Assembly: GCA_003142595.1 (NCBI GenBank)
Contig: PLMU01000003.1
Span: 6,501-70,500, forward strand
From: Phycisphaerales bacterium
Lineage (GTDB): Bacteria; Planctomycetota; Phycisphaerae; Sedimentisphaerales; UBA12454
Length of the DNA stretch: 64,000 bases
Reading direction: 5' to 3'
Below are positions 27,699 to 36,905 of this stretch, in pieces. Positions within the stretch are counted from its first letter, which is position 1. Every line of letters starts with the position of its first letter. A program made the position numbers and the translations under genes. The notes beneath the pieces are model-generated. The model had not been told where the DNA came from. It saw nothing but the letters and a program-made list of their open reading frames with translations, and ran no database searches.

Positions 27699-27855
27699 CA
27701 CCCTTAAGGGTGAGAAATTTCGCGATGAAAATCGCAATTTCCTTTAGAAGGTGTTACCCGCGGATTATCGAAAATGTTAAACTGAGCCTAGTATAACGCA
27801 TTAAAAAAGGGCAAATACCGGATTTTTTTATGTTCGATATTCTGTCCTTATCCTG

Positions 27856-27888
27856 TTGAAAATAGACCCATTTGTGATTAAAATCACA
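27856..27888 (+). promoter_or_regulatory. aconitase promoter TTGAAA-N17-TAAAAT overlapped by a perfect TGTGA-N6-TCACA palindrome
   Basis: TTGAAA at 27856-27861. TAAAAT at 27879-27884. TGTGATTAAAATCACA at 27873-27888. A second palindrome, TTGATAAATCAA, lies at 27891-27902. Confidence 0.5.
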
Positions 27889-27917
27889 TCTTGATAAATC
27901 AAAAACTGGAGTATCAA

Positions 27918-29870
27918 TTGGCAAAAACACTAACATATAAAATCATCGAAAACCACCTCGTTGACGGCCAACTTGAAAAAGGAAAGGCAATCGGGGTCAA
28001 AATCGACCAGACACTAACGCAGGACGCCACGGGCACAACCGCGTTTTTACTGTTCGAGTCAATGGGGCCCTCCGAACGCGTCAAGACCGAATTATCGGTA
28101 AGTTATATCGACCATAATATGAGCCAGTTCGGGCCGGAAAATCATAACGATCATCTCTATCTGCAGAGCATCGCAGCGAAAACAGGCGTATATTTTTCTC
28201 GGCCGGGCAACGGAATTTGTCATCAGGTCCATCTCGAACGATTCGGCAAACCCGGCGCAACACTTTTGGGCAGCGATTCACACACGCCTACCGGAGGCGG
28301 GATTGGAATGCTGGCTATCGGAGCGGGCGGACTTGATGTCGCTGTCGCGATGGGAGGCGGAGCATTCTATATCAACTGTCCGAAAGTTATCGGTGTGAAA
28401 CTTGTCGGCGCTCTTGCTCCGTGGGTCGCAAGCAAAGATATAATTTTAAAATTGCTGAGTATCCTCACAACCAAAGGAAATGTAGATTGTGTAGTCGAAT
28501 ATTTCGGGCCGGGAGTGGCAACGCTGAGCGTGCCGCAAAGAGCAACCGTAACAAATATGGGCGCGGAACTGGGCGTAACGTCAAGCGTCTTTCCGTCCGA
28601 TGAACTGACGCGAAAATTCCTGGCGGCGCAGGGCAGAGAAAAAGATTATAAGCCTTTGGCTGCCGATGAAGGCTGCGTGTATGACCGTGTAATCGAAATC
28701 GACCTATCTAACTTAGAGCCGATGGCGGCGTGTTCGCCTTCGCCGGACAATATAAAGACGATAAAATCGCTTGCGGGCACAAAGGTAAACCAGGTTATCA
28801 TCGGAAGCTGCACAAATTCGAGCTTTACAGACCTGATGATGGTCGCAAAAACGCTTAAAGGCAAAACGATTCATCCTGCTGTTGAATTCGCAATCTCGCC
28901 GGGCAGTAAACAGATTATGAATATGCTCGCGAGCAACGGGGCATTGGCCGATATAGTCGGGGCAGGAGCGAGAATTCTCGAATCGGGCTGCGGGCCGTGT
29001 ATTGGTTTGGGATTTTCGCCGGCGGACGGAATTGTAACGGTGCGGACTTTTAACAGAAACTTTACAGGCAGAACGGGCACGAAAAACGATAATGTATTTT
29101 TGGTAAGCCCGCAGGTCGCAGTTATAGCGGCGCTGAAAGGCGAAATTGTCGACCCGCGGGAAAGCGGAATTGAAGAGCCAAAGGTTGAAATGCCATTCGA
29201 GTTTACCATCGACGATAATATGATTCAAAAACCGCTGCCGGCGAAAGAAGCGAAGGCAGTGAAAGTTCTGCGAGGTTCGACAATCGTGGTGCCGGAACCT
29301 GCGGTGAAACTGCCCGATACTTTGCAGGGCAAAGTTGTTCTTAAATGCGGCGATAAAATTACAACAGACCATATTATGCCGGCAGGAGCGCTTTTGAAAT
29401 ATCGTTCGAATGTGCCGGAGTATTCAAAATATGTTTTCAACTGCTTTAACGAGCAGGGAAAACCAACTTTTGCGCAAAGAGCACTTGAACTGAAGAAAAA
29501 AGGTATCGGCGGCGTTGTAATCGCAGCCGAAAGCTATGGGCAGGGTTCGAGCAGAGAACACGCGGCGCTTTGTCCGATGTATCTGGGCGTAAAAATGATA
29601 ATCGCAAAGAGTATTGAAAGAATCCATAAGGCAAATCTGATTAACTTTGCCGTTCTGCCTGCTGAGTTTGAAAACCCGGCGGATTATGAAAAAATCGGAG
29701 CCGGCGATGAGCTTGAAGTGAAAAATCTTAATGACGCGATAAAATCGGCGGATGTAATTACAATAAAAGATAAAAGCGGAAATTTTGAATTCAAAGGCAA
29801 ATTGACTCTTTCTCCGAGAGACAGAAAAATACTTCTTGCTGGTGGATTGCTTAATTTCACTAAAGGTTAG
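27918..29870 (+). CDS. acn: aconitate hydratase (about 650-aa form)
   Basis: IDQTLTQDATG, GSDSHT, IGSCTNSS, CGPCIG and the C-terminal swivel domain with GQGSSREHAA. Start proposed at the TTG at 27918 after GGAG; the track start 27891 is also possible. Confidence 0.85.
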   Translation: MAKTLTYKIIENHLVDGQLEKGKAIGVKIDQTLTQDATGTTAFLLFESMGPSERVKTELSVSYIDHNMSQFGPENHNDHLYLQSIAAKTGVYFSRPGNGICHQVHLERFGKPGATLLGSDSHTPTGGGIGMLAIGAGGLDVAVAMGGGAFYINCPKVIGVKLVGALAPWVASKDIILKLLSILTTKGNVDCVVEYFGPGVATLSVPQRATVTNMGAELGVTSSVFPSDELTRKFLAAQGREKDYKPLAADEGCVYDRVIEIDLSNLEPMAACSPSPDNIKTIKSLAGTKVNQVIIGSCTNSSFTDLMMVAKTLKGKTIHPAVEFAISPGSKQIMNMLASNGALADIVGAGARILESGCGPCIGLGFSPADGIVTVRTFNRNFTGRTGTKNDNVFLVSPQVAVIAALKGEIVDPRESGIEEPKVEMPFEFTIDDNMIQKPLPAKEAKAVKVLRGSTIVVPEPAVKLPDTLQGKVVLKCGDKITTDHIMPAGALLKYRSNVPEYSKYVFNCFNEQGKPTFAQRALELKKKGIGGVVIAAESYGQGSSREHAALCPMYLGVKMIIAKSIERIHKANLINFAVLPAEFENPADYEKIGAGDELEVKNLNDAIKSADVITIKDKSGNFEFKGKLTLSPRDRKILLAGGLLNFTKG

Positions 29871-29897
29871 AGCCACAAAGACACGAAGGCACAAAGA
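29871..29897. repeat. triple-octamer motif CCACAAAG-ACACGAAG-GCACAAAG
   Basis: Begins immediately after the aconitase stop codon. Confidence 0.7.
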
Positions 29898-29980
29898 AAA
29901 TTTTTAATTTTTAATATTGAATTGAGGAACCGCTGAGTGCGGGTTAAAGTTAAAAACTAAAAGTGAATAGTGAAAAGTTT

Positions 29981-31270
29981 ATGAACGAAGAGAAAAACAA
30001 CAAGTCAGAACCCCAGAAGGAACAGGCAGAGAAGCCCAAGCTGAATGAAGAACAATACAAATTACTCCTAAGCTGTTCTGAGAAAAAAGACATTACGGCT
30101 TGGAACAAATATCGCAAAGAGCATCCGGACGAGGAAATCTGGTTGCAGGGTGCCGACCTTAGGAAATTCAAGCTGCAAGATGCCCACCTTAGTGAAGCTA
30201 ATCTGCAAAGTGCCAACCTTGATATGGCCAATCTGCAAAGTGCCAACCTTGATATGGCCAATCTGCAAAGTGCCAACCTTCAGGGAGCCAATTTGCAAGG
30301 TGCTGACCTTCAGTACGCCAATCTGCAAGGTATCTATCTTCTCTTCGCCAATCTGCAAGGTGCTGACCTTAGTAAAGCCAATTTGCAAGATGCCCGCCTT
30401 ATGACGGCCAATCTGCAAGGTGCCCACCTTAGGGAAGCTAATCTGAAACACGCCAACCTTGATATGGCCAATCTGCAAAGTGCCAACCTTCAGGGAGCCA
30501 ATCTGCAAGATGCCTTTATTTCATTAACCAATCTCATAGGTGCCGACCTTATACAAGCCAATCTGCAAGGCGCCTATCTCGCGGGAGCCGATTTGCAAGG
30601 TGCCAAACTTAGGGAAGCTAATCTGGCAGGTACTAATTTTGAGATTGCGGTTGTCGATGGCGGAACGTTGATTTGGAAATGCAAAATAAACCGTTACACC
30701 AACTTTGAGGGTGTTGGGCTTGACAGTGCACAAATAGACTCGGCAACAAAGCAGCTTCTCGAATACAATATAAGGCGTAAAAATTGGGAGGAATGGTATA
30801 AGAGTGAGTCAAAGAATAAGTGGATTATAAAAATGCGCCGCTTGACAACTTTCCCCATCCGTTTATTCTGGTGGATAAGTAACTATGGCATTTCAACAGT
30901 GCGAATCATATTATTGTTCTTTTTATGCTCTTTTATGTTTACGAGTATATATTATATCTGGGGCATGATTGCCTCGCCGGGGATTGTAGATAACCTATTT
31001 GTTGATAAAAATGGTATTGCGATAGAGTCGTGGATTGTGCCCTTCCGAACCATGTACTTTTCGACAGTCACAATGACAACGTTAGGATTTGGAGATATAT
31101 ATACAAACGCGCATAGCGTGTGCGGCCATATCCTAATTAGCCTTCAGGTAATTTTGGGCTATTTTCTCTTGGGAGCTTTGGTGACACGGTTAGCAGTTTT
31201 GTTTACGGCAGGCGGACCCGCTGGCAAATTCGCCAAAATGAATAACGAAAAGGCAGTTGAACCCCGATGA
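29981..31270 (+). CDS. pentapeptide-repeat domain fused to a 2-TM potassium-channel-type pore domain
   Basis: About 170 aa of A(N/D)LxG pentapeptide repeats. These are followed by TM1, the pore helix and filter FSTVTMTTLGFGD, and TM2. Start at 29981 (ATG) or 29963 (GTG). Confidence 0.8.
   Translation: MNEEKNNKSEPQKEQAEKPKLNEEQYKLLLSCSEKKDITAWNKYRKEHPDEEIWLQGADLRKFKLQDAHLSEANLQSANLDMANLQSANLDMANLQSANLQGANLQGADLQYANLQGIYLLFANLQGADLSKANLQDARLMTANLQGAHLREANLKHANLDMANLQSANLQGANLQDAFISLTNLIGADLIQANLQGAYLAGADLQGAKLREANLAGTNFEIAVVDGGTLIWKCKINRYTNFEGVGLDSAQIDSATKQLLEYNIRRKNWEEWYKSESKNKWIIKMRRLTTFPIRLFWWISNYGISTVRIILLFFLCSFMFTSIYYIWGMIASPGIVDNLFVDKNGIAIESWIVPFRTMYFSTVTMTTLGFGDIYTNAHSVCGHILISLQVILGYFLLGALVTRLAVLFTAGGPAGKFAKMNNEKAVEPR
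30201..30280 (+). repeat. perfect 30-bp tandem repeat (2.7 copies) inside the pentapeptide coding region
   Basis: ATCTGCAAAGTGCCAACCTTGATATGGCCA repeats at 30201, 30231 and 30261 (the last is partial). A roughly 50-bp exact copy recurs near 30453-30502. Confidence 0.85.
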
Positions 31271-31297
31271 ATATCAAATAGGTGCGAGATAAAAACA

Positions 31298-31825
31298 ATG
31301 AGCGAAAAAGTCGTAACAATTTTCGGAACGAGCAAAGTAAAAGACGGGGATAAGGTTTTTAACCTCGCGAACGAACTTGGCAGACTTTTGGCCGAAGCGG
31401 GGTTTGTAATCGCCAACGGCGGATACGGCGGAACAATGCTGGCGGCGGCTAAGGGAGCTAAAAGAGCCGGCGGAAAGACAATCGGAATCACCTGCAAAGC
31501 ATTCGGCAAGAAAAATCCAAACGAATTTGTAACTGAAAATATAACGACCGAAAACCTGACCGAAAGAATAGCGAAACTAATCGAAACAGGCGATGCTTAC
31601 GCTGTTTTGCCGGGCGGAACGGGCACCCTGCTTGAATTTGCCGAAATATGGGAACTGGTAAACAAAGGCTTTGTAAATCCGGCGAAACCTATTATACTTA
31701 TTACGGATTTCTGGAGGCCGCTGGTTGAATTGATGGCGATTGACGACCCGGCAAGCAGCGGATGTATAAGGATTGCCTCCAGCGCTGAAAATGCAGTGAA
31801 AATGTTAAAGGAATGCCTGAAATGA
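31298..31825 (+). CDS. LOG / TIGR00725-family Rossmann protein (nucleotide phosphoribohydrolase-like)
   Basis: ANGGYGGTMLAAAKGA and LPGGTGTLLEF match the GGGxGxM and PGGxGTxxE motifs of the LOG family. Confidence 0.7.
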   Translation: MSEKVVTIFGTSKVKDGDKVFNLANELGRLLAEAGFVIANGGYGGTMLAAAKGAKRAGGKTIGITCKAFGKKNPNEFVTENITTENLTERIAKLIETGDAYAVLPGGTGTLLEFAEIWELVNKGFVNPAKPIILITDFWRPLVELMAIDDPASSGCIRIASSAENAVKMLKECLK

Positions 31826-32802
31826 TAAAAGCTGAAAACTTAAAGCTTAAAACCAAAAACCAAAACTCAAAATTAAAAACTTCCGGCCAAAGGCCGTTCG
31901 ATAGTTTTAAACTTTCAGCTTTAACTTTTAACTTCATCTCCCCTTCGATGTTCGGATTTCTGATTTTTCTTATAACAATTTTATTAATATTAAATAATGT
32001 TTGTCTGGCGAAAGATAAATACTGGATGCAAAAACAGGGTAACCCACCACAAAAGCAGAACCTCCCACAAACGACAAAGTCAAAGATAATACCGGTTCGG
32101 GACGGCTTTATTCTTGACGGCGTCGACGGAAAAATAACAGAAGTAAACGAGCAGTGGTATTTTACGGTTTTCGAACCGCTGACAGACGGTAAAGGGGCCA
32201 TTAGTCCGCAGACTCCTGTCGAGATTTTGCCTTCGAGCACGCTCGAAAAACTTTCATCTGTCGTCTCGAAAGAAAAAAATTCATACCGCATCTGGGGCAA
32301 GTTTACAAAATTCGGAAATAAAAATTATATTTACCTGTCTTACTTTCTGCCGGTCGCCCCGGCCGAGGAACCGGCGCAGCAGAGCGATGAGGACAGCAAC
32401 GATGTTAACGCTGTTAATAATGTTAATGATGTTAATGAAACCAAAATCATACCCGAAGACGCTCTTTTGCTTTTGAAGCCAAAGAGAATTATAAGTCTGG
32501 CCGAGCTAAAAAAACCAATCAAAACCGGCGCTGACGGAGTATTAATCGACAAGACTGGTTTTTTGAAAACAACAAAAGACGGGCTTTATTTCGGATTCGA
32601 CGAAATGGGCAGAAATATAAATTTGCTGCAATTGCCGCTGCTTCAATGCGAGGAAGTTGAAAGAATAGCCGCGGAGCAAAAGACGACTGTGACGCCATTG
32701 CGATACAGTATTTCCGCTATCGTTACGAGATATAAAGGCAGAAACTACCTGCTGCTGCAGCGGGCGGCAAGGGCATATAATTACGGCAATCTTGTAAAAT
32801 AA
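31813..32802 (+). CDS. hypothetical secreted protein
   Basis: Track ORF. The more likely start is the ATG at 31948 (MFGFLIFLITILLILNNVCLA signal peptide), because 31813-31947 is low-complexity AT-rich sequence with a CGGCC-AAA-GGCCG hairpin. Confidence 0.5.
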   Translation: MPEMIKAENLKLKTKNQNSKLKTSGQRPFDSFKLSALTFNFISPSMFGFLIFLITILLILNNVCLAKDKYWMQKQGNPPQKQNLPQTTKSKIIPVRDGFILDGVDGKITEVNEQWYFTVFEPLTDGKGAISPQTPVEILPSSTLEKLSSVVSKEKNSYRIWGKFTKFGNKNYIYLSYFLPVAPAEEPAQQSDEDSNDVNAVNNVNDVNETKIIPEDALLLLKPKRIISLAELKKPIKTGADGVLIDKTGFLKTTKDGLYFGFDEMGRNINLLQLPLLQCEEVERIAAEQKTTVTPLRYSISAIVTRYKGRNYLLLQRAARAYNYGNLVK

Positions 32803-32809
32803 TAAATTT

Positions 32810-32827
32810 GACGCTGATTTCGCTGAG
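32810..32827 (+). repeat. solo copy of the GACGCTGATTTCGC(A/T)GA motif that frames the GxxExxY cassette
   Basis: GACGCTGATTTCGCTGAG lies 6 nt upstream of the hisD ATG. Confidence 0.6.
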
Positions 32828-32832
32828 AAAAA

Positions 32833-34143
32833 ATGGAAAAAGAACTAAAAAAAATATTACTGTCATACACATCTAAAAACTTTGAGCAAAAACTTTCAGA
32901 TTTGCACGCAAAAGTCTGTGAAACGGCAACCTTCAATCCCGGCAGTCCTGAAGGAAAAAAAGTTGCCGAGATTATCGGCAAAGTACGGAACAACGGCGAC
33001 AAAGCGGTCGCTTTTTATACTAATCAATTTGACAATGTAAAAATTTCGCCTGCACAATTTAGGATAAATAAGCAGGAATTGAAAAAAGCTCATCAGCAAA
33101 TAGACAAAAAACTTCTTTCATCAATCCGCAAAGCAATAGCAAACGTAAAAAAATACCAACAGGAAATTTTTATAGGCAAAAATAAATCCTTCGGCGACAC
33201 AGGAATAAAATATACTCCTATAAGCCGTGTGGGCTTATGCATACCCGGTGCATCGGCTCCGCTGCCGTCAACAGTAATTATGACGGCAGTTCCTGCTCTG
33301 GTTGCGGGAGTAAAAGAAATTGTGGTTATTTCACCGCCTCGCTGCAAAGGCAGTATTCATCCGACTATTTTGGCAACTTGCTATGAACTTGGAATCAAAG
33401 AAGTCTATCGCATCGGCGGCGTTCAGGCTGTTGCAGCCCTTGCTTATGGAACGCCAACGATAAATAATGTTGATAAAATTGTTGGACCTGGAAATCGCTG
33501 GGTCCAAATGGCAAAAAAGGAAGTTTTTGGTAAAGTAAGTATAGACTCCATCGCAGGTCCGAGCGAAGTTTTGATAATAGCAGATAAAACCGCAAACCCC
33601 GCCTATATCGCCGCTGATATGCTCAGTCAGGCGGAACACCCTGGAAGCGCTGTATTATTTACAGACTCATTAAAACTTGCTCAAAATGTCATTAATGAGA
33701 TCGAAAAACAACTTAACGATTTAACAAAAGCTGAAGATACGCTTCAATGCTTATCCAATTACAGCCTTATAGCATGTTTTAAAAACATGAATGATGTAAT
33801 TATGTGGGCAAATAAATTCGCAACCGAGCATCTCGAAATTCAATGCGGAAAAAACAGTAAAAAAATTGCCGAAAAAATTAAAAATGCCGGCGCGATTTTT
33901 ATCGGTGAATATTCGCCTGTCGCTGTCGGCGATTATTTCGCAGGGCCGAGCCATACGCTGCCGACAGGCGAATGCGCGAGATTTTCAAGCGCACTTACCA
34001 GTAATGATTTTGTCAAATCTATAAGCATTATCGAATATGATAGAAATAAAATTTTAAAAAGTGCTGGAGATATTATCCGGCTTGCAGAAGCTGAAGGGCT
34101 TGACGCGCACGCGAAAAGCGTAAAAATACGGTTGGAAAAATAA
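32833..34143 (+). CDS. hisD: histidinol dehydrogenase
   Basis: 436 aa. [19 protein letters not shown] and SQAEH motifs. Confidence 0.9.
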   Translation: MEKELKKILLSYTSKNFEQKLSDLHAKVCETATFNPGSPEGKKVAEIIGKVRNNGDKAVAFYTNQFDNVKISPAQFRINKQELKKAHQQIDKKLLSSIRKAIANVKKYQQEIFIGKNKSFGDTGIKYTPISRVGLCIPGASAPLPSTVIMTAVPALVAGVKEIVVISPPRCKGSIHPTILATCYELGIKEVYRIGGVQAVAALAYGTPTINNVDKIVGPGNRWVQMAKKEVFGKVSIDSIAGPSEVLIIADKTANPAYIAADMLSQAEHPGSAVLFTDSLKLAQNVINEIEKQLNDLTKAEDTLQCLSNYSLIACFKNMNDVIMWANKFATEHLEIQCGKNSKKIAEKIKNAGAIFIGEYSPVAVGDYFAGPSHTLPTGECARFSSALTSNDFVKSISIIEYDRNKILKSAGDIIRLAEAEGLDAHAKSVKIRLEK

Positions 34144-34147
34144 CGAA

Positions 34148-34169
34148 CCCCGCCAAGGTGTTGGCGGGG
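34148..34169. terminator. GC-rich hairpin between convergent hisD and alaS (possible bidirectional terminator)
   Basis: CCCCGCCAA-GGTG-TTGGCGGGG, a 9-bp stem. No clear U-run. Confidence 0.45.
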
Positions 34170-34190
34170 CTAACCACGAAACAAACAAAG

Positions 34191-36881
34191 TTATTTTCGC
34201 AGTTTAGCTTTTATAATTTCTGTCGCTCTTGCCAGGGCATCGTCAAGTTTTGAAGGGTCTTTCCCGCCGGCCTGAGCCATTTGCGGCCGTCCGCCGCCGG
34301 CACCGGAAACTATGGGTGCAATTTCCTTAACCAAATCGCCTGCTTTTAAGCCCTTTGGAATTAAATCATCAGTAACGGCAGCGAGCAGTGTAACTTTATC
34401 GTCGCCTTCGGTCATACCAAAGAAAACCGCGGCAGAGGCGGCTTTGCTCTTTATCATATCAATAGCGGCCCGAACCTGTTCGATGGGCGTGGTGTCGATT
34501 TTGCTTATTACTAAAACGGTTGTGCCGATTGACTCGGCCTTTTCGAGCAATTGTCTTGCCTTATCGAGAAAATTAGTGCCATTGCTCTGCGAGGGAGCGG
34601 ATTTGGCCTGTTTGGCAAGTTTTTTATTTTCATCGATAAGTTTATTCACGCGAGCGGGCAAATCTTCTGCTCTGACTTTTAAAGTCTGGCAAAGCTGTTC
34701 GATAATATCGCTTTGTGCGGTAAGAAAATCCATCAGGGCATTGCCGGTAAGAGCGGTTATTCTTCGGACGCCTGCTGAAATGCTTTCCTCTTTTATTATT
34801 TTAAGGCCGAGGATTTTGCCGGTATTGTTAACGTGCGTTCCGCCGCAGAATTCGCGGCTGAAGGCTTGCGCAATATTTTTTTCGTCCGGTGCGCCAATAG
34901 CGATGACTCTTACGGTATTGCCGTATTTTTCATTGAACAGCGCCATAGCGCCGAGTTTCTTTGCCTGGTCAATCGGCAGAACAACACTGGTTACCGGAAG
35001 ATTTTTGCGGATTTTTTCGTTGGCAAGTTTTTCAACTTCCTTAATTTCATCCGGCTTTAATGCACGCGGAGCGGTAAAATCAAATCTCAGGTACTCCGGG
35101 CAAACCAAGCTGCCCTGCTGAGCGACATTCCTGCCGAGAACCTGCTGCAAAGCCCATTGCAATATATGCGTTGCGGTGTGATGTTTCCTGCTCTGCTGCC
35201 TTGAATCATCGACAATCGCATCGACTTCATCGCCGACCTTCATCGAACCTTTCGCCAGCGTTCCTTTATGAATGACACAGTCTGCGGTTTTTTCGGTCGC
35301 CTCGACAGCAAATTCGCCTGACTGAGATTTAATAATTCCCTTATCGCCGACCTGCCCGCCCGACTCGGCGTAAAAACAGGTCTTGTCGAGTATGACGGCA
35401 ACCTGTGCTCCAATGGCAAGTGCGCCGCTGCCGGCGAAACCGGACTCATTCAAAAAGCCTGTGATTTTAGTTCGTATTTTATCCGAATTATATTTTGCCG
35501 AATCATCGGTCGCAGGCAACTTAACATCGGTAACAATCGAGGTAAAGCTGCTGGATTTTTGCGAGGCTCTAGCTCGCTGGCGCTGCTGGTCCATAAGTTT
35601 TTCGAAACCTGCGGTATCAACCGAAAAATTTTGCTCTCTTGCCATAAGCTGCGTTAAATCAAGCGGGAAACCAAAAGTATCGTAAAGCTGAAACGCATCT
35701 TCGCCGCTGACAACTTTCGAGCTTTGGGCTTTTTCGGCGGCGGCAGAAAATATCTCAAGGCCTCTGTCCAGTGTCCGGCCAAAACTTTCTTCTTCGGATT
35801 TTATTACGGTTTTAACAAGCTCCGCTCTTTGTTTGATTTCCTCAAAAGCATGGCCCATCGAATTAACAACCACATCAACCAATCTATAAATGAACGGCTC
35901 GTGCATCCCGAGCGTTCGGCCGAACCTTGCGGCGCGTCTTAAAATTCTGCGGAGAACGTATCCCCTGCCATCGTTGCTCGGCAGGCAGCCGTCGGTAATC
36001 GCGAAGACGAGCGTTCGCAAATGGTCTGAGATGACGCGAAAGGCAATGTCAGATTTATTATCCATAGTCGCGGCGTATTGCTGATTGCACAATATACCAA
36101 TCGCATTAAGTATCGGTGTAAATAAATCAGTATCGTAATTAGATTGCCTGCCCTGCAGAATACGGGTTACTCTTTCAAGACCCATACCTGTATCGACGTG
36201 CCTTGCGGGCAGAGGCGTTAATTTGCCGGCTGTATCACGATTATATTGAATGAAAACAAGATTCCAGATTTCAATTACGCTTGAGTTATCTTTATTAATA
36301 AATTTTGCACCGGATTTGTCAGCCGTGCCATCATAATGAATCTCGCTGCATGGGCCACAGGGGCCGGTATCGCCCATTTCCCAGAAATTATCTTTTTTGT
36401 TGCCTTTGTGAATTCTCTCATCGGGCAAATATTTTCGCCATAAATTCAGCGCCTCGTCATCTGGCGCGAGATTATCGTGCGGGTCGCCCTGAAAATAAGT
36501 CGCGTGCAGGCGCGACGGGTCGATCCCCCACTGCTTTGTCAAAAGTTCCCATGCCCACTCAATCGCCTCGGCCTTGAAATAATCGCCGAAGGACCAGTTG
36601 CCGAGCATCTCGAAAAAAGTGTGATGATAAGTATCGGTGCCGACATCCTCAAGGTCGTTGTGCTTTCCGCCGGCACGAATACATTTCTGGCTGTTGACCG
36701 CGCGATTGTATCCGCGGGAGCCTGTGCCGAGAAAAACATCCTTAAACTGATTCATTCCTGCGTTTGTAAACAGAAGAGTATCATCGCCAATCGGCACAAC
36801 GGGCCAACTGGGTACAAAGGTATGATTTTTTTTGACAAAAAAATCTATAAATGAACTTCTGATTTGTGCAGCAGTCAACAC
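34191..36881 (-). CDS. alaS: alanine--tRNA ligase
   Basis: 896 aa. FTNAGMNQFK, the class II core, the HTATH editing domain and a C-terminal DHHA1-like domain. GTG start. Confidence 0.9.
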   Translation of the reverse strand: MLTAAQIRSSFIDFFVKKNHTFVPSWPVVPIGDDTLLFTNAGMNQFKDVFLGTGSRGYNRAVNSQKCIRAGGKHNDLEDVGTDTYHHTFFEMLGNWSFGDYFKAEAIEWAWELLTKQWGIDPSRLHATYFQGDPHDNLAPDDEALNLWRKYLPDERIHKGNKKDNFWEMGDTGPCGPCSEIHYDGTADKSGAKFINKDNSSVIEIWNLVFIQYNRDTAGKLTPLPARHVDTGMGLERVTRILQGRQSNYDTDLFTPILNAIGILCNQQYAATMDNKSDIAFRVISDHLRTLVFAITDGCLPSNDGRGYVLRRILRRAARFGRTLGMHEPFIYRLVDVVVNSMGHAFEEIKQRAELVKTVIKSEEESFGRTLDRGLEIFSAAAEKAQSSKVVSGEDAFQLYDTFGFPLDLTQLMAREQNFSVDTAGFEKLMDQQRQRARASQKSSSFTSIVTDVKLPATDDSAKYNSDKIRTKITGFLNESGFAGSGALAIGAQVAVILDKTCFYAESGGQVGDKGIIKSQSGEFAVEATEKTADCVIHKGTLAKGSMKVGDEVDAIVDDSRQQSRKHHTATHILQWALQQVLGRNVAQQGSLVCPEYLRFDFTAPRALKPDEIKEVEKLANEKIRKNLPVTSVVLPIDQAKKLGAMALFNEKYGNTVRVIAIGAPDEKNIAQAFSREFCGGTHVNNTGKILGLKIIKEESISAGVRRITALTGNALMDFLTAQSDIIEQLCQTLKVRAEDLPARVNKLIDENKKLAKQAKSAPSQSNGTNFLDKARQLLEKAESIGTTVLVISKIDTTPIEQVRAAIDMIKSKAASAAVFFGMTEGDDKVTLLAAVTDDLIPKGLKAGDLVKEIAPIVSGAGGGRPQMAQAGGKDPSKLDDALARATEIIKAKLRK

Positions 36882-36905
36882 TTAGCAATCACCTGAATTT
36901 AAGAC

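Noticed and set aside
27699-27712. CACCC-TTAA-GGGTG hairpin after rpiB as a terminator
   Set aside because: The stem is only 5 bp and no U-run follows. It may be part of a larger imperfect structure, but the evidence is too weak to call.
28713-29894. 219-aa and 156-aa minus-strand ORFs inside aconitase
   Set aside because: Both are antisense to a strongly supported aconitase frame, and their products are Arg/Phe-rich nonsense.
31159-32300. Minus-strand ORFs 31159..31509 and 31701..32300
   Set aside because: They overlap the channel, LOG and hypothetical genes in antisense. They lack SD sites and have low-complexity sequence.
34312-35121. 269-aa + strand ORF inside alaS
   Set aside because: It is antisense to alaS and has a low-complexity Ser/Ala/Leu composition.
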